Of a DNA stretch of 64,000 nucleotides, positions 60,560 to 64,000 are shown one piece after another. Position numbers and translations under genes: made by a program. The stretch spans positions 4,774,001 to 4,838,000 of the forward strand of contig NC_079238.1 of assembly GCF_027921745.1 (NCBI RefSeq). Direction: 5' to 3'. The notes below the pieces were generated by a model, which was not told the DNA's origin, made no database searches, and saw nothing but the letters and a program-made list of their open reading frames with translations. The stretch is from Schizosaccharomyces osmophilus (taxonomy: Eukaryota). Each line of letters begins with the position of its first letter. Positions within the stretch are counted from its first letter, which is position 1.

Positions 60560-61879
60560 ATGGTGAAGTACGAAGTTCAAGTCCCTACTTATAAGGCATC
60601 TGCCGTTAGTCCTTCTGAACGTGAACGTATTTTGGCTCGTCCTATCCAAGATACCCAAAACATCCGTAAAATAGTGGAGCCTATTATTGACGATGTAAAA
60701 GCTCGTGGTGAGAAAGCTCTCATTGAATGCGCTGCCAAGTTTGAAAAGGCAGAATTAAAGTCCGCTGTAATGAAAGCTCCCTTTAATGAGTCAATGATGA
60801 AGGTTGCTCCAAGAATTCGAGAGGATATCGACATCGCTTACAACAACATCTATGCTTTTCACTCTGCTCAATTACGCCCCAACATCTCAGTTGAAACCAT
60901 GCGTGGTGTTGTCTGCCAGAGAATGTCTCGTCCTATCGAGCGTGTTGGATTATATATTCCAGGTGGTACAGCTGTCTTGCCCTCAACTGCTTTGATGTTG
61001 GGCGTTCCGGCCAAGGTTGCTGGTTGCCCTCATATCGTCATCTCCACACCTGCTCGTAAGGATGGCACTGTGGCTCCAGAGATTGTCTATATTGCCCACA
61101 AACTTGGTGCCGAGGAAATTATTTTAGCAGGTGGTGCTCAAGCTGTAGCTGCTATGGCTTATGGTCTTCCCGGTATTCCCAAGGTTAACAAGATTTTCGG
61201 TCCCGGTAATCAATTCGTGACTGCAGCTAAAATGCACGTTCAGAATGATTATGGTGCTTTAGTTGCTATCGACCTTCCTGCCGGTCCTTCTGAAGTATTG
61301 GTCATTGTTGATGAATCTTGCAATGCCGAAAGCGTTGCTCTTGATTTACTTTCGCAGGCAGAGCATGGTATGGATAGTCAAATTGTTTTGATTGCATTAG
61401 CACTTACGGATGAGCAATTTGATGAAATCGAGGCTGCCATTAATCAACATGCCTTGCGTTTATCTCGTTCTTCTATTATCCAACATGCAATTAAGAAGTC
61501 CGTCATCATCCGTACTGACTCTGCCGATGAAGCATTTGAATGGTCCAACCTCTATGGCCCAGAACATCTTGTTCTTCACCTTAAGAATGCTTCCTCTTAT
61601 CTTCCAAAAGTGTTTAACGCAGGTAGCGTTTTTGTTGGTCCCTGGTCTCCTGTTAGTATGGGAGATTATGCTTCTGGCACAAACCACACATTACCAACTT
61701 ACGGATATGCTAGCTCCTATTCTGGTGTAAACACAGACAGCTTTTTGAAATACATTACTACCCAAGAACTTAGTGAAGAGGGTATTCAACGTCTGGGTCC
61801 TTCTGTTATTCGACTTGCCGAATTGGAAGGACTTACTGCTCACGCTGACGCAGTTCGCGTTCGTGGTGTAAAGCTTTAA
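60560..61879 (+). CDS. his2: Monofunctional histidinol dehydrogenase
   Basis: VGLYIPGGTAVLPST, GPGNQFV, IDLPAGPSE, SQAEHG, GPEHL, GDYASGTNHTLPT; ATG at 60560. Confidence 0.97.
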   Translation: MVKYEVQVPTYKASAVSPSERERILARPIQDTQNIRKIVEPIIDDVKARGEKALIECAAKFEKAELKSAVMKAPFNESMMKVAPRIREDIDIAYNNIYAFHSAQLRPNISVETMRGVVCQRMSRPIERVGLYIPGGTAVLPSTALMLGVPAKVAGCPHIVISTPARKDGTVAPEIVYIAHKLGAEEIILAGGAQAVAAMAYGLPGIPKVNKIFGPGNQFVTAAKMHVQNDYGALVAIDLPAGPSEVLVIVDESCNAESVALDLLSQAEHGMDSQIVLIALALTDEQFDEIEAAINQHALRLSRSSIIQHAIKKSVIIRTDSADEAFEWSNLYGPEHLVLHLKNASSYLPKVFNAGSVFVGPWSPVSMGDYASGTNHTLPTYGYASSYSGVNTDSFLKYITTQELSEEGIQRLGPSVIRLAELEGLTAHADAVRVRGVKL

Positions 61880-62096
61880 AGTTGAATATCAAATAATGAA
61901 ATACGTTTAGGATAAATGGCAAGGATGGAGGTTTTAATGTTATCTGCTGGGAAATTGAAAGATTACCAAATATAGTTATTTAACACATTGGTTGTGATCA
62001 CAGATTTTTTTTAAATTTAAATTTAAATAAATTTATATTTATGTAGATAAAAAATTATATATTCTGTGGGTCTTCAAGGAGCTAATAGTTTTTAAG

Positions 62097-62102
62097 ACGC
62101 GT
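62097..62102. promoter_or_regulatory. MCB element (ACGCGT) upstream of rec15
   Basis: Exact MluI site about 125 bp before the ATG; early meiotic rec genes are established MBF targets in S. pombe. Confidence 0.65.
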
Positions 62103-62226
62103 CTATATCGTGCTGAAAACATACACCAAGAACCACCTTCATAACAAAATTCATTACCTTTGTTCAGTCAATATTTATACCTGAAAGAATCAAACACAAA
62201 CTAAACTAAAACAATCTTTTAATAAA

Positions 62227-62842
62227 ATGAGCTACTCAGTCTCAGCGGCACAATTATGGTCACGAAAACTAGCTATGCAAGCTGAAGATATGCAATTGAG
62301 TCAAAAAAATACGAACAGCCGTATTTTGAGTATCATAGGAGAGATGAAAGTGCTACAAGAAGCGACGAATCAAAACATGGATCAAAATTTCAAATCTGTC
62401 ACTCAAAATCACCATCAAGTTTCGTCCTACAGTAAGATATGATAAAACGGTACGCAGTAAACTAATGAAGACTCTTTTAGTGTTTCAAACGTTAAACAAC
62501 TTCCAAACTTATCTCCAAAAGGTGGTGGAAGAACAACAGAAAACCAACTTGCGCATGGAAACCCTGGAAAAAAACATATTTAATATACAAGCTCAACTGG
62601 GGTCTATTCAAACAGAGCAAGAAAACGGGTTTAAACATTTAGAGAAGCTTATAAAGGAGTCGACCGCTACTACAATGGCTGCTACAATGAAACAAATGTC
62701 AGCAAAAGAACCAAAACGGAAAACCACTACGACTCATTCAAAACCTGTCCAGGCGAATCCAACGTCAGCAGCAAAAAGAAACGCAACTTCCATGAGAAAA
62801 AGGGTTTTAGCTTTGGACTTCTTGGCTGAAGATGACTATTAA
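62227..62842 (+). CDS. rec15: Meiotic DSB-formation protein Rec15 (Mer2/IHO1 family); exons 62227-62431, 62481-62842
   Basis: MSYSVSAAQLWSRKLAMQAEDMQ start, coiled coil, C-terminal MRKRVLALDFLAEDDY. A 49-nt intron 62432-62480 (GTAAGA..CTAAT..TAG) joins two ORFs in frame; follows his2. Confidence 0.9.
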
Positions 62843-63895
62843 GGAAAAGACTACTGTGGAAGCTACTTCATTCTACAAAAACCAAAGCAATTCAGCTCGA
62901 AATGCATACAGATTTCCATGTGTATTAATTTTATTTTCTGTCTGGCTGCACCTATGCAAACATCTGTTAAAGGTTAGTATGTGATACTTATGGATTTCAT
63001 GTTTCAACTTTTTAGAAGACACAGAATACTTGGCTTAAAATCTCAGACTCTTCCTATTATAAAGCGGTATCATTGAACAAGTGTCTCAGACGGCACTTCC
63101 TATATTGCTCAGGTTTTTGTCATCACTTTTACAAAGCATTCAGGTGTCTCAATGAAAAGTCTCACTTGCAAACTTACCTAAACTATGTCAAAACAAAGCT
63201 TTCTAACTCCAGAAAAGCTATTAACAATGGTAGTTAATATGTTGTTTAGCTGAAATGTTTGCTATTTATAGCATTTGTGACGGCTTTTTTCGTCGAAACA
63301 TTACGACGAGAAAGGAATGTCTAGTGAAGAATGAGGGACGTATAGTTGTTATATTGACTGATGCAGTTGTGCTGAATGAAAATTCAGATGCTAGTTTACA
63401 GCGCATTGACCTAAATCAGAAACTCGATGATTTTCCAAAGGAATGTTATGTAAACTTTTTTTACCGAAGGGAGAAACCCAGTATTTCAGATATAATTTCG
63501 TTAATGAAATTGGAACTTTTTTAACACTCTTTATTTTGATTTTCAACGAATAGAGCAGAATACACTAGGAAGTAAATTGAATGTTCTCAGTTTTACCAAA
63601 AATTTGTTTTTGTATTTACTAGTGTATTACATTATTGCGTCGTAAATAATATTTTCGTTTTGTTGGCCCATTGCGCTATGTAAATAATGCGTTGTAACAA
63701 CAGCTCGAAATATGCTTTCCTGCTGCAACCATTTCTCTTTCTCCATCTTCCCAAAAATTACTTTTTGGGAATTATTGGTTGTTTTTTGACCAAAAACAGG
63801 AAAAATCAAAAACAAAATTGCGGATTTAATCTAGACGTCTTTGCATACGCGTAAAATTGAGAATTGTGTACGAAAAAAGTACAGAAAATTGAAAA

Positions 63896-64000
63896 ATGTC
63901 CATTATTTCTTCAGTAGCCTTCGTCCCTCGTGGATTCGCTGCAGAATTCCCCAAAACTTATGAATTGGATGAAGCAGAATATGAGAGGATAAACAATATT
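63896..64000 (+). CDS. pwp1: 5' end (partial) of WD-repeat protein Pwp1
   Basis: MSIISSVAFVPRGFAAEFPKTYELDEAEYERINNI matches the Pwp1 N-terminus pattern (WVPRG..efP.kY.LDe.E.ERI); runs off the window. Confidence 0.85.
   Translation, partial: MSIISSVAFVPRGFAAEFPKTYELDEAEYERINNI

Noticed and set aside
60560..61879. Stand-alone histidinol dehydrogenase rather than a trifunctional His4-type protein
   Set aside because: Known state in fission yeast (his2 separate from his7); not novel.

Overview
Gene-dense eukaryotic DNA with short GT-AG introns and CTAAC-type branch points. It comes from a fission yeast related to, but not identical with, Schizosaccharomyces pombe (octosporus/cryophilus/osmophilus-like; the species cannot be fixed from this window). 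About 30 protein genes are supported, in order: 3' end of egt2, tcg1, mef2, a mug168-like gene, atg38, ntp1, clr3, whi5, bms1, gle1, pep12, hub1, pmr1, atg2, rpl43, atb2, brx1, tsf1, gcd10, sum2, a DUF1772 gene, rrb1, aha1, a TVP38-family gene, npl4, atg2402, a DPP5-like peptidase, his2, rec15 and the 5' end of pwp1. There are five minus-strand tRNA genes: 2x Gln-TTG, 2x Gln-CTG and an intron-containing Lys-CTT. Exon structures were derived by hand. No transposon, 5S rDNA, wtf gene, CRISPR array or mat cassette was seen. The most unusual signal is in the two tRNA-Gln(CUG) genes, 23 kb apart. They share an identical 13-nt 3' trailer that is perfectly complementary (9 bp) to their own 5' leader plus acceptor strand, a candidate pre-tRNA conformational switch that the Gln(UUG) copies lack. 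Other leads: synteny breaks at the tRNA genes, an apparent hub1 micro-inversion, a long structured aha1 intron, an intergenic hairpin below npl4, overlapping uORFs at atg38 and pmr1, and several promoter motifs. Orthology and synteny statements rest on my recollection of S. pombe proteins and systematic names, not on a database search.
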